Shown here one piece after another: positions 39,480 through 49,025 of a DNA stretch of 64,000 nucleotides; the stretch's first letter is position 1; each line of letters starts with the position of its first letter. This DNA comes from an uncultured Sphingomonadaceae bacterium (GTDB lineage: Bacteria; Pseudomonadota; Alphaproteobacteria; Sphingomonadales; Sphingomonadaceae). The position numbers and the translations under genes are program-made. The stretch is from contig CAXTPE010000001.1 of assembly GCA_964245925.1 (NCBI GenBank), positions 263 to 64,262 of the forward strand. The letters are read 5' to 3'. Below the pieces are notes generated by a model. The model worked only from the letters and a program-made list of their open reading frames with translations, was not told the origin of the DNA and searched no databases.

Positions 39480-41291
39480 ATGGTGATGCTGGACGTCGAT
39501 GTGCTGATCGTTGGCGCAGGTGCGTGTGGATTGACCGCGTCGATCATATTGTCGGATCTCGGCATCGACCATCTCGTGATCGAGCGGCGGGACGGCACGT
39601 CCGATCTGCCGAAGGCGCATTATTACAACCAGCGGACGATGGAGATCTTCCGTCAGCACGGCATCGACGGCGCCATCTACGACGTGAGCATGCCCGTCGC
39701 CAATTGCACGGTGCGCTACGTCACCAGCCTGGGCGGCGACGGCGCGCTTGATCGCCGGACGCTGCTGTGCTTCGACGCGTTCGGCGGCGGGCCGCGCCGG
39801 CGGGCCGCCGAACGCGCCGCGGCGGTGCCGGCCACGCACCTGCCGCAATTGTCGCTGGAGCCGATCCTCCAGCGCGTCGCCGCCGAACGCGGCGCGCGTC
39901 CGATCCGCTTCCAGCACGAGGTGATCGCGTTCGAGCAGGACGAGGACGGCGTGCTGGCGACGATCCGCGACCGGACGTCGGGCGAGGAATATCAGGTGCG
40001 CGCCAGGTTCATGATCGCCGCCGACGGCGGGCGGACCGTCGGGCCCGCGCTCGACATCCATCGCGCCGGCCACGAGAAGCTCGCGGTGCTGGTCTCCGCG
40101 CATATCACGGCGGACATCTCGGACCATGTTCCGGGCGATGCCATGATTACCCACATCATCCATCCCGAGAGCCGCTTCCGCTGGGGCGTGTTCGTGCCCG
40201 TCGGTCCGGAGTGGAGCAGGCACAGCCGCGAGTGGCAGTTCAGCTTCGCCTATCATCCGAACGAGCAGCACCGCCTCACCGCGGACGACATCGTGCCGGC
40301 GATCCGCGAGAGCATGCGCCTGCCCGATCTCGACATCACGCTCCACAAGGTCAACGAATGGTGGGCCGAGGCGACGGTCGCGCCGCGCTTCCGCGCCGGC
40401 AATGTGTTCCTCGCCGGCGATGCGGCGCACCGCGTCATCCCGACATCCGGCCTCGGGCTCAACTCCGCCATCCACGACGCGCACAACCTGTCGTGGAAGC
40501 TGGCGGCGGTGCTCAAGGGCCAGGCCGGGAGCGGGTTGCTGGACAGCTACGAGGCCGAACGCCTGCCGGCCAGCCACCGCAACGCGGAATGGTCGTTCTT
40601 CACCTTCACGAACCACCTGCTGGTGGAGCTCGGCCTCGGCCTGATGCCCGGCGCCACGCCGGAGCAGAACATCCAGGCGATAACCGCCTATCTGGCCGAC
40701 GACATGTACGGCCGGATGCTGCGCGCCCGCGCCGCCGAGGTGACCGGCACGCAACGCACCGAATATGGCGCGCTCGGCGTCGAGCTCGGCGGCTGTTACG
40801 AAAGCGGCGCGATCATCGCCGACGGGACGGCCGCGCCGGAAGCCGATCCGATGGGCGACGTCTATGTGGCGACCACGCGGCCCGGGCACCGCCTGCCGCA
40901 TGCCCCCCTCGGACACGGATCGAAGCGCCTCGGCAGCCATGATGTCACCGGCGCGAGCGAGCGGTTCGCGCTGATTACGGGCTCCTCGGGAGCGGCATGG
41001 ACCCAGGCCGCCGAGCGCGCCACGGCCGCGACCGGCGTCGAGATACGGGCGATCCGGATCGGCATCGGCTGCGATCACGCCGACGCCGTGGGCCTGTGGG
41101 ACGAGTTCAAGCAGATCGGCGAGGACGGCGCGGTCCTCGTCCGGCCGGACAATATCGTCGCCTATCGCGCGCCGGCGATGGTGGCCGATCCGGCGGCGGC
41201 GCTGACGGGCGCGATGCTGTCCATCCTCGGCCGCGACACCGCGGACAGCGCGAGCGTCCGGCCTTCGCGCATGCACGCCACAGCCGATTGA
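39480..41291 (+). CDS. FAD-dependent aromatic hydroxylase (TfdB/PheA family)
   Basis: GAGACG, NQRTMEIFR, AADGG, FLAGDAAH..GLGLNSAIHDAHNL.WKL, RPGHRLPH, LVRPD. Confidence 0.93.
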   Translation: MVMLDVDVLIVGAGACGLTASIILSDLGIDHLVIERRDGTSDLPKAHYYNQRTMEIFRQHGIDGAIYDVSMPVANCTVRYVTSLGGDGALDRRTLLCFDAFGGGPRRRAAERAAAVPATHLPQLSLEPILQRVAAERGARPIRFQHEVIAFEQDEDGVLATIRDRTSGEEYQVRARFMIAADGGRTVGPALDIHRAGHEKLAVLVSAHITADISDHVPGDAMITHIIHPESRFRWGVFVPVGPEWSRHSREWQFSFAYHPNEQHRLTADDIVPAIRESMRLPDLDITLHKVNEWWAEATVAPRFRAGNVFLAGDAAHRVIPTSGLGLNSAIHDAHNLSWKLAAVLKGQAGSGLLDSYEAERLPASHRNAEWSFFTFTNHLLVELGLGLMPGATPEQNIQAITAYLADDMYGRMLRARAAEVTGTQRTEYGALGVELGGCYESGAIIADGTAAPEADPMGDVYVATTRPGHRLPHAPLGHGSKRLGSHDVTGASERFALITGSSGAAWTQAAERATAATGVEIRAIRIGIGCDHADAVGLWDEFKQIGEDGAVLVRPDNIVAYRAPAMVADPAAALTGAMLSILGRDTADSASVRPSRMHATAD

Positions 41292-41303
41292 GGGGATCGA
41301 CAG

Positions 41304-41717
41304 ATGAACTGTTCCGACGAGACCTATGCCGCCTGCGCGCGCCTGACGGCGGCGTTCGCCGTGCTGGTGGATCACCATCGCTACGAGGAGCTGGGCGAAT
41401 TGTTCACCGAGGATTGCGCGTTCGAGCGGCCGGGGGTCAGCCTCGCCGGCCGCGCCGATCTCGTCGCCTTCATGGACCAGCGCGCGCGCGACCAGTTGAC
41501 CCGCCACGCCTGCACGCCACCGCTGGTCGAGGACGGCGAGGACGGCGAGGCCCATGGCATCTGCTATCTCGCCTTCTACCAGGGCGAGCGGCGGGAGGAT
41601 GGATCGGCCAGGCTGGGTGGTGTCGCGGCGCTGGCCGAATATCACGATGTCTTCCGCAGGACGGCGCGGGGCTGGCGCATCGCCAGGCGCCGCGTCATCC
41701 CGGTGATGATGGCGTAG
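41304..41717 (+). CDS. SnoaL-like/NTF2 family protein
   Basis: LVD..LFTEDC, TRH, YHDVFRRT..GWRI..R. Confidence 0.85.
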   Translation: MNCSDETYAACARLTAAFAVLVDHHRYEELGELFTEDCAFERPGVSLAGRADLVAFMDQRARDQLTRHACTPPLVEDGEDGEAHGICYLAFYQGERREDGSARLGGVAALAEYHDVFRRTARGWRIARRRVIPVMMA

Positions 41718-41756
41718 CGGCGGCCGGACGGCCCGGGGGCGCTCGGCCCGGCCGGA

Positions 41757-42584
41757 TCAGCCCCGGCTGCCGTCCCGCATCCCGCCGGCCGCCAGGCCGC
41801 GGCGCGTGGCGAGGGTCGGCTGATGGCCGGTCAGCCCGCCGTCGACCGCCATCACCTGCCCCGTGAACCAGCGCGATTCGTCGGATGCCAGGAAGAGCAC
41901 GGCATTGGCGATGTCGATCGGCTCGCCGGTGCGATCGAGCATCTGCGATTCCTGCACGACCCTGATCGCCCCTTCCGACATCACGCCGCTCGATCGCCCG
42001 GGCACGAGGCCGGGCGCGATGGCGTTGCAGCGGATGTTGTGCGGCCCGTAGGCGGTGGCGATGCTCTGCGCGAGCGTAATCATCCCCATCTTCGCGACGC
42101 TGTACGCATGCAGCACCAGATCGCCGGCGAAGGCCGCGCTGGATGAGGTGTTGATGATCGAGCCCCCGCCGGACCGGATCATCTCCGGGATCGCCGCCTT
42201 GCTGCACAGGAACGCGGCGCCGACATGGCCCCGGAAGGTCGCCAGGAAATGATCGAGCGTCATGTCGAGGACGTGCGAGTCCCTGAAGACGAAATCGTTG
42301 CTCACCGGGCCGGCGTTGTTCCACAGCACGTCGAGCCCGCCGAACCGATCCGTGGCGAGCGCCACCATCGCGGCGACGTCGTCCGCATCGTCGACGCTGC
42401 CGACATGGGCGACCGCCTCGCCGCCGCCGTCGCGGATTTCCTCGGCCAGCGTCTCGACGCGGCCGGCGATGTCGTTGAGCACCAGCCGCGCGCCTTCCCG
42501 GGCGAGCAGCCGCGCGGTCTCGGTGCCGAGGGTGCCCGCCGAGCCGGTGAGTATCGCTACCTTGCCCTCGACCCGTCCCGCCAC
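41757..42584 (-). CDS. SDR family oxidoreductase
   Basis: KVAILTGSAGTLG, NNAG, YSVAK, IRCNAIAPG, VDGG. RBS aggagg. Confidence 0.94.
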   Translation of the reverse strand: MAGRVEGKVAILTGSAGTLGTETARLLAREGARLVLNDIAGRVETLAEEIRDGGGEAVAHVGSVDDADDVAAMVALATDRFGGLDVLWNNAGPVSNDFVFRDSHVLDMTLDHFLATFRGHVGAAFLCSKAAIPEMIRSGGGSIINTSSSAAFAGDLVLHAYSVAKMGMITLAQSIATAYGPHNIRCNAIAPGLVPGRSSGVMSEGAIRVVQESQMLDRTGEPIDIANAVLFLASDESRWFTGQVMAVDGGLTGHQPTLATRRGLAAGGMRDGSRG

Positions 42585-42596
42585 GACCCACCTCCT

Positions 42597-42678
42597 CTAG
42601 AGCGTTTTCGAAGCAGGTGGGAATCACCCGCTGGCTCGGAAAACGCGGCAAATCGATAATCCAGCGCGGCCGCTCTAG
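42597..42678. repeat. CTAG-bounded MITE-like repeat, copy 2
   Basis: Terminal inverted repeat CTAGAGCG...CGCTCTAG, internal match to 3598-3668. Confidence 0.78.
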
Positions 42679-42705
42679 ACCCGGATGACTTGAGCTTGAG
42701 CCCAT

Positions 42706-42811
42706 CCGTTCGTGCCGAGCGAAGTCGAGACACGACGCCTGGTGCCGCCCCCTTCGGCTGCCTGCCAAGGCAGGCGCTCGGGACAGGCCTCGACCGCGCT
42801 CGGACGAACGG
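42706..42811. repeat. REP-like palindromic element (CCGTTCG..GAGCG..GTCGA type)
   Basis: ccgttcgtgccgagcgaagtcgag...ctcgaccgcgctcggacgaacgg with inverted ends and a nested hairpin gcctgcc-aa-ggcaggc. Confidence 0.65.
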
Positions 42812-42882
42812 TGGTTCGATCGGAGATCATCATGCTCTGGCTGGCTTTTTCCTTGCCCGTCGGCTGATCGAGCGGCGGCGCG

Positions 42883-44046
42883 TCACGGCCGGTCGGCGCC
42901 GAGCACGACGCAGGTCGAGAATTGCGTGGCTCCGCCCTGCCCCGTGGCGACCGCGCGACGGATGCCGTCCTCCTGCCGCTCGCCGGCGATGCCGCGCACC
43001 TGGAGCGCGCATTCAGCGATCCGGACGAGCGCCGCGGCGCTGACCGGATTGACCATCTGCGGGCCGCCGGACGGGTTGACCACGATCCGCTCGGTCGCGG
43101 CGATCAGGCGATCCGCGAACTGCGGACCCGAGCCGTCACCGACGAGACCGAGCGCGGTGTAGGCCATCGCCTCCCCGCTGGAAAAGGGGGCGTGGATCTC
43201 GACGCAATCCACCTCTTCGCAAGGCCGCGTGATCCCGGCTTGCGCATAGGCCTTCCGCGCCGATGCGACGAGCGTGTGGAGCTCGATCAGCGATCCTTCG
43301 GCGCGATGGATGCGATCGCCCATCGCATAGGTGTCGCTCAACCCCGCCGCGCCGTGCACCCACGCCACCTTCCGGTCCCCGACGAGCTCCTCGGCGGTGA
43401 GCACCACGGCGCACGCCCCCTCGCTCATCGGGCAGGCTTCGAGCTGATGGATCGGCCAGGCAAGCACCGGCGAGGCGAGCACGTCGGCGGCGGTGAAGGT
43501 GCGCTTGCGCTCGATCGTGTCGTTGCGTTGCGCGGCGCGCGAGTTCTTCGCGGTCAGCTCCGCCCAGTGCCGCGGCGTATAGCCCTGATCCTGCATCAGC
43601 ATCGTCGCGCGCATCGCGACCATGCTGATCGTGGTGACGGAGATGTCCTTCTCGTAGATCGGATCGAAGATCGAGTTGAACACCTTCTGCGAGGTCGCGG
43701 CGTGGCCCATCCGCTCCAGCGCCACGACGAGAACCGCCTTGCAGCGGCCCGCCGCGATCCACGAGGCGGCGGCGAGCATGGCCGACGATCCGGTCGCGCC
43801 ACCCGTGTTGACGCGGAAATAGGGAATCGCCGGCCGGGCGATCGCCATCAGATCCATATGGTTGAGCCCGGCCAGCGCGTCGGGCGCGACACCGCCGATG
43901 ACCAGGCCGATCGCATCGAGGCCGATCCCCGCGTCCTCGAGCGCGCGGAGGGCGGCCATGCGGACGAGCTCGCCGCTGTTCACATTCTCGTGCCGCCGCT
44001 TGTAGACGGTCTGCCCCACGCCGGCGATGGCGACGCGGCGGCTCAC
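42883..44046 (-). CDS. Thiolase-like protein (Ltp3-like, lacks N-terminal catalytic Cys)
   Basis: VAIAGVGQT, RVNTGGATG, CPMSEGACAVV, EIHAPFS, VNPSGG. Confidence 0.88.
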   Translation of the reverse strand: MSRRVAIAGVGQTVYKRRHENVNSGELVRMAALRALEDAGIGLDAIGLVIGGVAPDALAGLNHMDLMAIARPAIPYFRVNTGGATGSSAMLAAASWIAAGRCKAVLVVALERMGHAATSQKVFNSIFDPIYEKDISVTTISMVAMRATMLMQDQGYTPRHWAELTAKNSRAAQRNDTIERKRTFTAADVLASPVLAWPIHQLEACPMSEGACAVVLTAEELVGDRKVAWVHGAAGLSDTYAMGDRIHRAEGSLIELHTLVASARKAYAQAGITRPCEEVDCVEIHAPFSSGEAMAYTALGLVGDGSGPQFADRLIAATERIVVNPSGGPQMVNPVSAAALVRIAECALQVRGIAGERQEDGIRRAVATGQGGATQFSTCVVLGADRP

Positions 44047-45128
44047 GCGACCTTCTCCAGCAACGCGGCATAGGCAAGCTGGCCGCCGACCGGCGACACG
44101 CCTGTCGCAAGCGCGAGGTTGGGGCCGCCGGGCACCTGGCACCCGCCCGCCCTGCCGGTGAGCTGGAGATACGCCTCGACCGCGTTGACGAGCCCGCAGG
44201 TCGGATAGCACCAGCCGCTCTCGCTGCCGCCCGAAGGATTGATCGACGTCCGCTCCGCATAGGCGGCGAACCCCGCTCCCGCCCCGGACAGGCCCAGCGC
44301 CTCGATCGCCAGCGCCTCGTCGCTGAGCGTTGGTCCGGCCAGGAAGACGACATCGGCGTCGGCCGCCGTAAACCCGCCCTGCGCGCCGGCGCCTGCCACC
44401 GCGTCGACCAGCGGCTGCTGCGCGAGGAGATCGCGCGCCCCGATCAGCGGCGAGCCGGTGCCATGGCCGAGCCCGGCGATCCGCACCGGCCCGGTCTCGC
44501 GGCCGATGATCGCCGCGACGGCGATGTCGGCCAGCAGCGGCGCGTCGTCCTCGGCGAGCGGCGCGGCGAGCGCCGGGCGCACCCCGCCCGAGGACGCCCG
44601 CGGGTTGCTCGCCGCGCGCCTGCGGCGCTCCGCCGCGGCGGCGGCCCTCGCCGATCCCGGCGACCCGTGGCGCCCGGCCCATGCCGACAGGCGAAGCGCC
44701 GACGGCGTGAAATCATCCGGTCCGAACGGCTGCTCGAACGCCGGGTCGAAGCCGGTCCGGGAGGTGCGCGCATAGTCGCCCTCGCTCGCCCGCCCCCAGC
44801 CGGCCACGATCGAATACTCCGTCTCGCCGGCCTCCACGCGCGCGCTCGCGAGCGAGAGCGCCGACAGCCCATCGGACGCCAGCCGGATCTCGTCGCGCAG
44901 ATAGGCGCCGGCGGCGGGCGCGGTCACCATGCTCGACAGCGATCGCCCGTCGACGAGATCGTGCGCCGCGAGCACCACCGAGTCGATCCGACGCACGTCG
45001 ACGCCGCTGTCCCGCAGCGCCGCCGTCACCGAGGCGAAGATGAGGTCCGTCAGGCTCAGCGAAGCATCCGCCCAGCCCGTCACCATGCCCACGCCTAATA
45101 TATGCACCCTATCGGCCGCCGGACTCAC
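44043..45128 (-). CDS. Thiolase-like protein (Ltp4-like)
   Basis: HDLVDGRSLSSM, INPSGG, EAYLQLTG.AG..QV. Overlaps the next gene by 4 bp. Confidence 0.8.
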   Translation of the reverse strand: MSPAADRVHILGVGMVTGWADASLSLTDLIFASVTAALRDSGVDVRRIDSVVLAAHDLVDGRSLSSMVTAPAAGAYLRDEIRLASDGLSALSLASARVEAGETEYSIVAGWGRASEGDYARTSRTGFDPAFEQPFGPDDFTPSALRLSAWAGRHGSPGSARAAAAAERRRRAASNPRASSGGVRPALAAPLAEDDAPLLADIAVAAIIGRETGPVRIAGLGHGTGSPLIGARDLLAQQPLVDAVAGAGAQGGFTAADADVVFLAGPTLSDEALAIEALGLSGAGAGFAAYAERTSINPSGGSESGWCYPTCGLVNAVEAYLQLTGRAGGCQVPGGPNLALATGVSPVGGQLAYAALLEKVA

Positions 45129-45202
45129 CCATTTTCCTTTATCGCGGTGCTTGCCGCCACCGTTTCAAACCACCCGCCTGATGCCATACCCCGCCGATTT
45201 CT

Positions 45203-45220
45203 GTCAACGTCTGCGTTGAA
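45203..45220. promoter_or_regulatory. Palindromic operator, copy 7
   Basis: GTCAAC-GTCTGC-GTTGAA immediately after the OB-fold stop codon, upstream of the thiolase-like pair. Confidence 0.8.
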
Positions 45221-45601
45221 TCACTCGTCCAGCGTGAACATCGGCAGCTTGCGGCGATCGGCTCCCTCCCGGAACACGACGCGGACGCGGGCGCCGATCG
45301 TCAGCGCTTCGAAATCGCAATCGATCATCGTCGACAACATGGTCGGCCCCTCGTCCAGCGTCACATAGGCCGGACTGTACGGCGGCGACGCGTGGCGGAC
45401 GATCGTGAACGAGTAGATCCGGCCAACGCCGCTCGCGGCTTCCCATGCGGTCGCGGCGCTGCCGCAGAACGGGCAGCGGGACCGCGGGTAATGATGCGGC
45501 TTCGCGCAATCGCCGCACCGCTTTATCAGCAGCAGGCCCTCGTCCACCGCCCGCCAATATTCCCTGTTTTCGGGGAAATCGCCGCGCTCGCGATCGGTCA
45601 T
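45221..45601 (-). CDS. Zn-ribbon/OB-fold (DUF35) protein
   Basis: CGDC..PR..CPFC, GRIYSFT, VTLDEGP. Confidence 0.92.
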   Translation of the reverse strand: MTDRERGDFPENREYWRAVDEGLLLIKRCGDCAKPHHYPRSRCPFCGSAATAWEAASGVGRIYSFTIVRHASPPYSPAYVTLDEGPTMLSTMIDCDFEALTIGARVRVVFREGADRRKLPMFTLDE

Positions 45602-46752
45602 TCCGCCCGCTCCAGCACCACGGTCGCGCAGCCGTGCCGCTGGCCGAGCGCGCCGCCCGTGCCGTGCGCCACCGCCAGCGCGCAGCCGGGCACCTGAACC
45701 GCGGGATGGGCCTCGCCGCGCAGCTGCCGGACCGCCTCGATCACCTTCGTGATGCCGCCGCGATGCGCGGGGTGATTGTTGCACAACCCGCCGCCATCGG
45801 TGTTGACGGGCAGCCGGCCCTCGCCCGAGATCAACCCGCCGTCCGCGACGAACCGTCCGCCCGCGCCCTTCTCGCAGAAGCCGAGATCCTCGATCGCGAA
45901 CAGGACGGTCGCGGTGAAGCTGTCGTAGGTCGAGAGATACTGGATGTCGGCGGGCGCGACCTTCGCCTGCTCGAACGCCGCGCGTCCCGACGCGATGCCG
46001 GCGGTGCGCGTGATGTCCATCTCGAAGCCGCGCTGATAGCCGATCGCGTGGCCCGATCCCGACACGCGGATCGGCGGCCGTTTCAGCGATCGCGCGATCT
46101 CCTCGCGCGCGACGATCACGCCGCCGCCGCCGTCGCTGATGATGCAGCAGTCGAGCCTGTGCAGCGGATCGGCCACCATCGGCGAGGCGAGCACCTCCTC
46201 CACCGTCACCGGCGTGCGCAGCCTCGCATGCGGATTATGCTGCGCGTGGCGCGACATGGCGACCTTGATCCAGGCGAGCTGCTCCGAGGTCGTGCCATAT
46301 TCATGCATGTGCCGCCTGGTCGCGAGCGCGTAGCTGGCCGCCAGGAACGGGCCGTAGGGAAGCTCGAACTCGTTCTCCGGGAAGCTCGTCAGCTGCACCT
46401 GGCTGCCCGGCGTGTCGCCCTCGGCGCGGGGCCGGCCGGCGAGCGTTATCAGCGCGACGTCGCAGAGCCCCGCATCGATCGCGAGCACCGCCTTCTGCAC
46501 ATGCAGGACCGCCGACGAGCCGCCGATGTCGGTCGAATCGACGAAGCGCGGATGCAGGCCGAGATATTCGACCATCGAGAGCGGGCCGACGCCCGGCGCG
46601 TCGCCGGCGCAGAAATATCCATCGACATCCGCCAGCGTCAGCCCGGCATCGGCGAGCGCCCCGGCGGCGACCTCCGCGTGCAGCATCGGCGTCGATGCAT
46701 CGGTGGCGAGCCGGGTCGGATGTTCATAGGCGCCGACGATCAGCGCGGTCAT
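45598..46752 (-). CDS. Thiolase-like/SCP2-type protein (Ltp2-like)
   Basis: DIGGSS in place of the catalytic Cys, LDCCIISDGGG, YDSFT, VNTDGGGL, EAVRQLRG. Confidence 0.9.
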   Translation of the reverse strand: MTALIVGAYEHPTRLATDASTPMLHAEVAAGALADAGLTLADVDGYFCAGDAPGVGPLSMVEYLGLHPRFVDSTDIGGSSAVLHVQKAVLAIDAGLCDVALITLAGRPRAEGDTPGSQVQLTSFPENEFELPYGPFLAASYALATRRHMHEYGTTSEQLAWIKVAMSRHAQHNPHARLRTPVTVEEVLASPMVADPLHRLDCCIISDGGGGVIVAREEIARSLKRPPIRVSGSGHAIGYQRGFEMDITRTAGIASGRAAFEQAKVAPADIQYLSTYDSFTATVLFAIEDLGFCEKGAGGRFVADGGLISGEGRLPVNTDGGGLCNNHPAHRGGITKVIEAVRQLRGEAHPAVQVPGCALAVAHGTGGALGQRHGCATVVLERAE

Positions 46753-48416
46753 GACCCGGCGGTTCGCTCATGGGCGCGCTCGGGCGCGATCCGCTCGGTG
46801 ACGCGCAGGTCGCGCTTTTCCCGTCGCAGATCGAAGCTGCCGGGCTGCCCGCGGGGATCCAGGCCTTCGGGGAAGAGCGCGCCCTTCTGCACCTTCTGCG
46901 TGCCCGTCACCGGCAGGCTGTCGCGAAACGCGATCCACGCCGGCAGCTTGGCCGCGCTGACCAGGCCGAGCGTGCCGCGCTGGATCGCCGCCGCCGTCTC
47001 GCGGGTCGCGGCGACGCCCTCGATCAGGACGACGCAGGCCATGACCTCCTCGTCGTGCAGTTCGTCCTCCACCGCGATGATCGCCGCCGCCAGAACGTGC
47101 GGCAGCTCCAGCAGCGCGTTCTCGACTTCAGCCGCGGCGATGTTCTCGCCGCTGCGCCGGACGATGTTCTTCCGGCGATCGACGAAGACGAGCATGCCGT
47201 CCGCCGACTGCCGGCAGATGTCGCCGGTGTGGAACCAGCCGCCGCGCCACGCCTTCTCCGTCTCCTGCGGCTGTTTCAGATACCCCGAGAAGAAGCCCTC
47301 CCGCGGGTCCGGCCCCGCGGCCCGGACGACCAGTTCGCCGGGCGCGCCATCCGGCAGCGGACGATCCTCCTCGTCGACGATCCGGACCTGCCATGGCGCA
47401 TGCGGACGTCCGAACGCACGCGCCTCCCGGCTGCGCGGCTCGTCGCTGTTCATGATCGCGCGCGAGGTCTCGGTCATGCCCCAGGCTTCGACCAGCGGTA
47501 TCCCGAACCGCGCCTCGAACGCGTCGCGGACCGCCGGCTCGATGCCCGCGCCATAACCGTAGCGAACCTCGTGCTGCCGTTCCTCGGGCTGCGCGGGCGC
47601 CTTCACGAGCAACGGCGGGATGATGCCGAGATAGTGGAAGCCGGTCGCCCTCGCCGCGACCAGATCCTTCCACCAGCGCGATGCATGGAACCGATCCTGC
47701 ATGATGAGGCAGTTGCCCCGCGAGATGACGCTCGTCAACGTGAAGACCGAGACGTTCATGTGGAAGGCCGGCAGCGGCAGGTACAGCCTGTCGCCGCCGT
47801 CGCGATGCGAGACCGGCCCGCCCGCGCCGGTATAGGATGCCGCCGCCGCCAGGCAGGAGGCGTTGGAGATCAGGCAGGCCTTCGGCGTTCCGGTCGTGCC
47901 GGATGTATAGATTATCAGCGCGATCCGCTCGCGATCCGTCGCCGGCGGCTCGTGCGGCGCGACGGCGGGCGCCGGGATCGGCCCGTCCGGTTCGCAGAGC
48001 GCCAACACCGGCACCTCCACGTCGAGCGATGCCACGCCCTGCCGCACCCGCTCCACGCACGGCGGCGCGGCGACCACGAGCGCGCACTCCGGGAAGCCGA
48101 TCGCATAGGCCATCTCGTGCGGCAGATAGTCGGGATTGAGCGTGGTCGCCGTCGCGCCGATGCTGTTGAGCGCCAGATAGTGCCAGAAGTGATCCGGCAT
48201 GTTTCCCGCGGCCAGCGCGACGCGATGACCGGCCGCATAGCCCGCCGCGCGATACCGCGCCGCCAGCGCCTGCACCGTCGCGAGCGCGTCCGCATAGCTG
48301 ATCTCCAGCCCTTCCTCGCAGTAGCCGCGCCCCTCGGTCGGCGGGTAGCACAGGAAGGATCGCCGGGGCGCGCGCGCGGCCGCCTCGGCGAACAGCTGAT
48401 AGACGGTTTCGGCCAT
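46749..48416 (-). CDS. Acyl-CoA synthetase (CaiC-like)
   Basis: YTSGTTGTPK, WGMTE, WFHTGD, DRRKNIVRRSGENI, TQKVQK. Confidence 0.93.
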   Translation of the reverse strand: MAETVYQLFAEAAARAPRRSFLCYPPTEGRGYCEEGLEISYADALATVQALAARYRAAGYAAGHRVALAAGNMPDHFWHYLALNSIGATATTLNPDYLPHEMAYAIGFPECALVVAAPPCVERVRQGVASLDVEVPVLALCEPDGPIPAPAVAPHEPPATDRERIALIIYTSGTTGTPKACLISNASCLAAAASYTGAGGPVSHRDGGDRLYLPLPAFHMNVSVFTLTSVISRGNCLIMQDRFHASRWWKDLVAARATGFHYLGIIPPLLVKAPAQPEERQHEVRYGYGAGIEPAVRDAFEARFGIPLVEAWGMTETSRAIMNSDEPRSREARAFGRPHAPWQVRIVDEEDRPLPDGAPGELVVRAAGPDPREGFFSGYLKQPQETEKAWRGGWFHTGDICRQSADGMLVFVDRRKNIVRRSGENIAAAEVENALLELPHVLAAAIIAVEDELHDEEVMACVVLIEGVAATRETAAAIQRGTLGLVSAAKLPAWIAFRDSLPVTGTQKVQKGALFPEGLDPRGQPGSFDLRREKRDLRVTERIAPERAHERTAGS

Positions 48417-48522
48417 GGTTCCTTCCGCTTGCTCGATGTGCCGTCCGGCTCGCGCCGTGCCATCGCCGCAGAACCTCCCCCGACGCTTGTCCGGATCAGG
48501 TCTAGAGACTGGATTTTCGTTT

Positions 48523-48540
48523 TTCAACACGATTGTTGAC
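48523..48540. promoter_or_regulatory. Palindromic operator, copy 8
   Basis: TTCAAC-ACGATT-GTTGAC between the divergent ligase and Rieske operons. Confidence 0.78.
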
Positions 48541-48644
48541 AAGCTTCGGGGCGACACTTAGCTTTGCGACAGCGGTCGCCCGCCAGAGGCGTTTCGCCGG
48601 GCAGGCTGATGCCGGCGAACGCCGCGAGAGGATCGAAGTCGAAC

Positions 48645-48977
48645 ATGCTTCCCGAAGGTTTCGAAGCGCTGACGCCCTATCTCGATCGGTGGGACGTGCC
48701 CACGCTGTCCGAGCGGTGGGAGCGGCGCGCGACGACTTCGATGAGCGACATCCGGGCGTTCTACGAGGACGTCCGCGCCGTGGCGGATGAGGCCATGGTG
48801 GCGATCTCGGCTCATCCGATTGATGACATGCCCGAGGATGTCGCGCGGCTGGCGCGGCTGATGCTCGCGTTCATGAGCGCCGCGGTCGCCATCGAGGTGA
48901 TCGGGGCGCCGCGCGATCCGCACTCGCCCTATCCGCACAACATCCGCATTCTTCGCGGTCCGGCGCCCTGGGGCTGA
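48645..48977 (+). CDS. Small hypothetical protein upstream of the Rieske oxygenase
   Basis: LPEGFEALTPY..W..ERWERR..SM..IRAFY. Coding-like codon bias, co-oriented with the Rieske gene. Start could be 48609. Confidence 0.75.
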   Translation: MLPEGFEALTPYLDRWDVPTLSERWERRATTSMSDIRAFYEDVRAVADEAMVAISAHPIDDMPEDVARLARLMLAFMSAAVAIEVIGAPRDPHSPYPHNIRILRGPAPWG

Positions 48978-49025
48978 ACCGCGCCTCGCGACCGGCCCGA
49001 GCCAGATCGAGAAGGACCAACGCTG

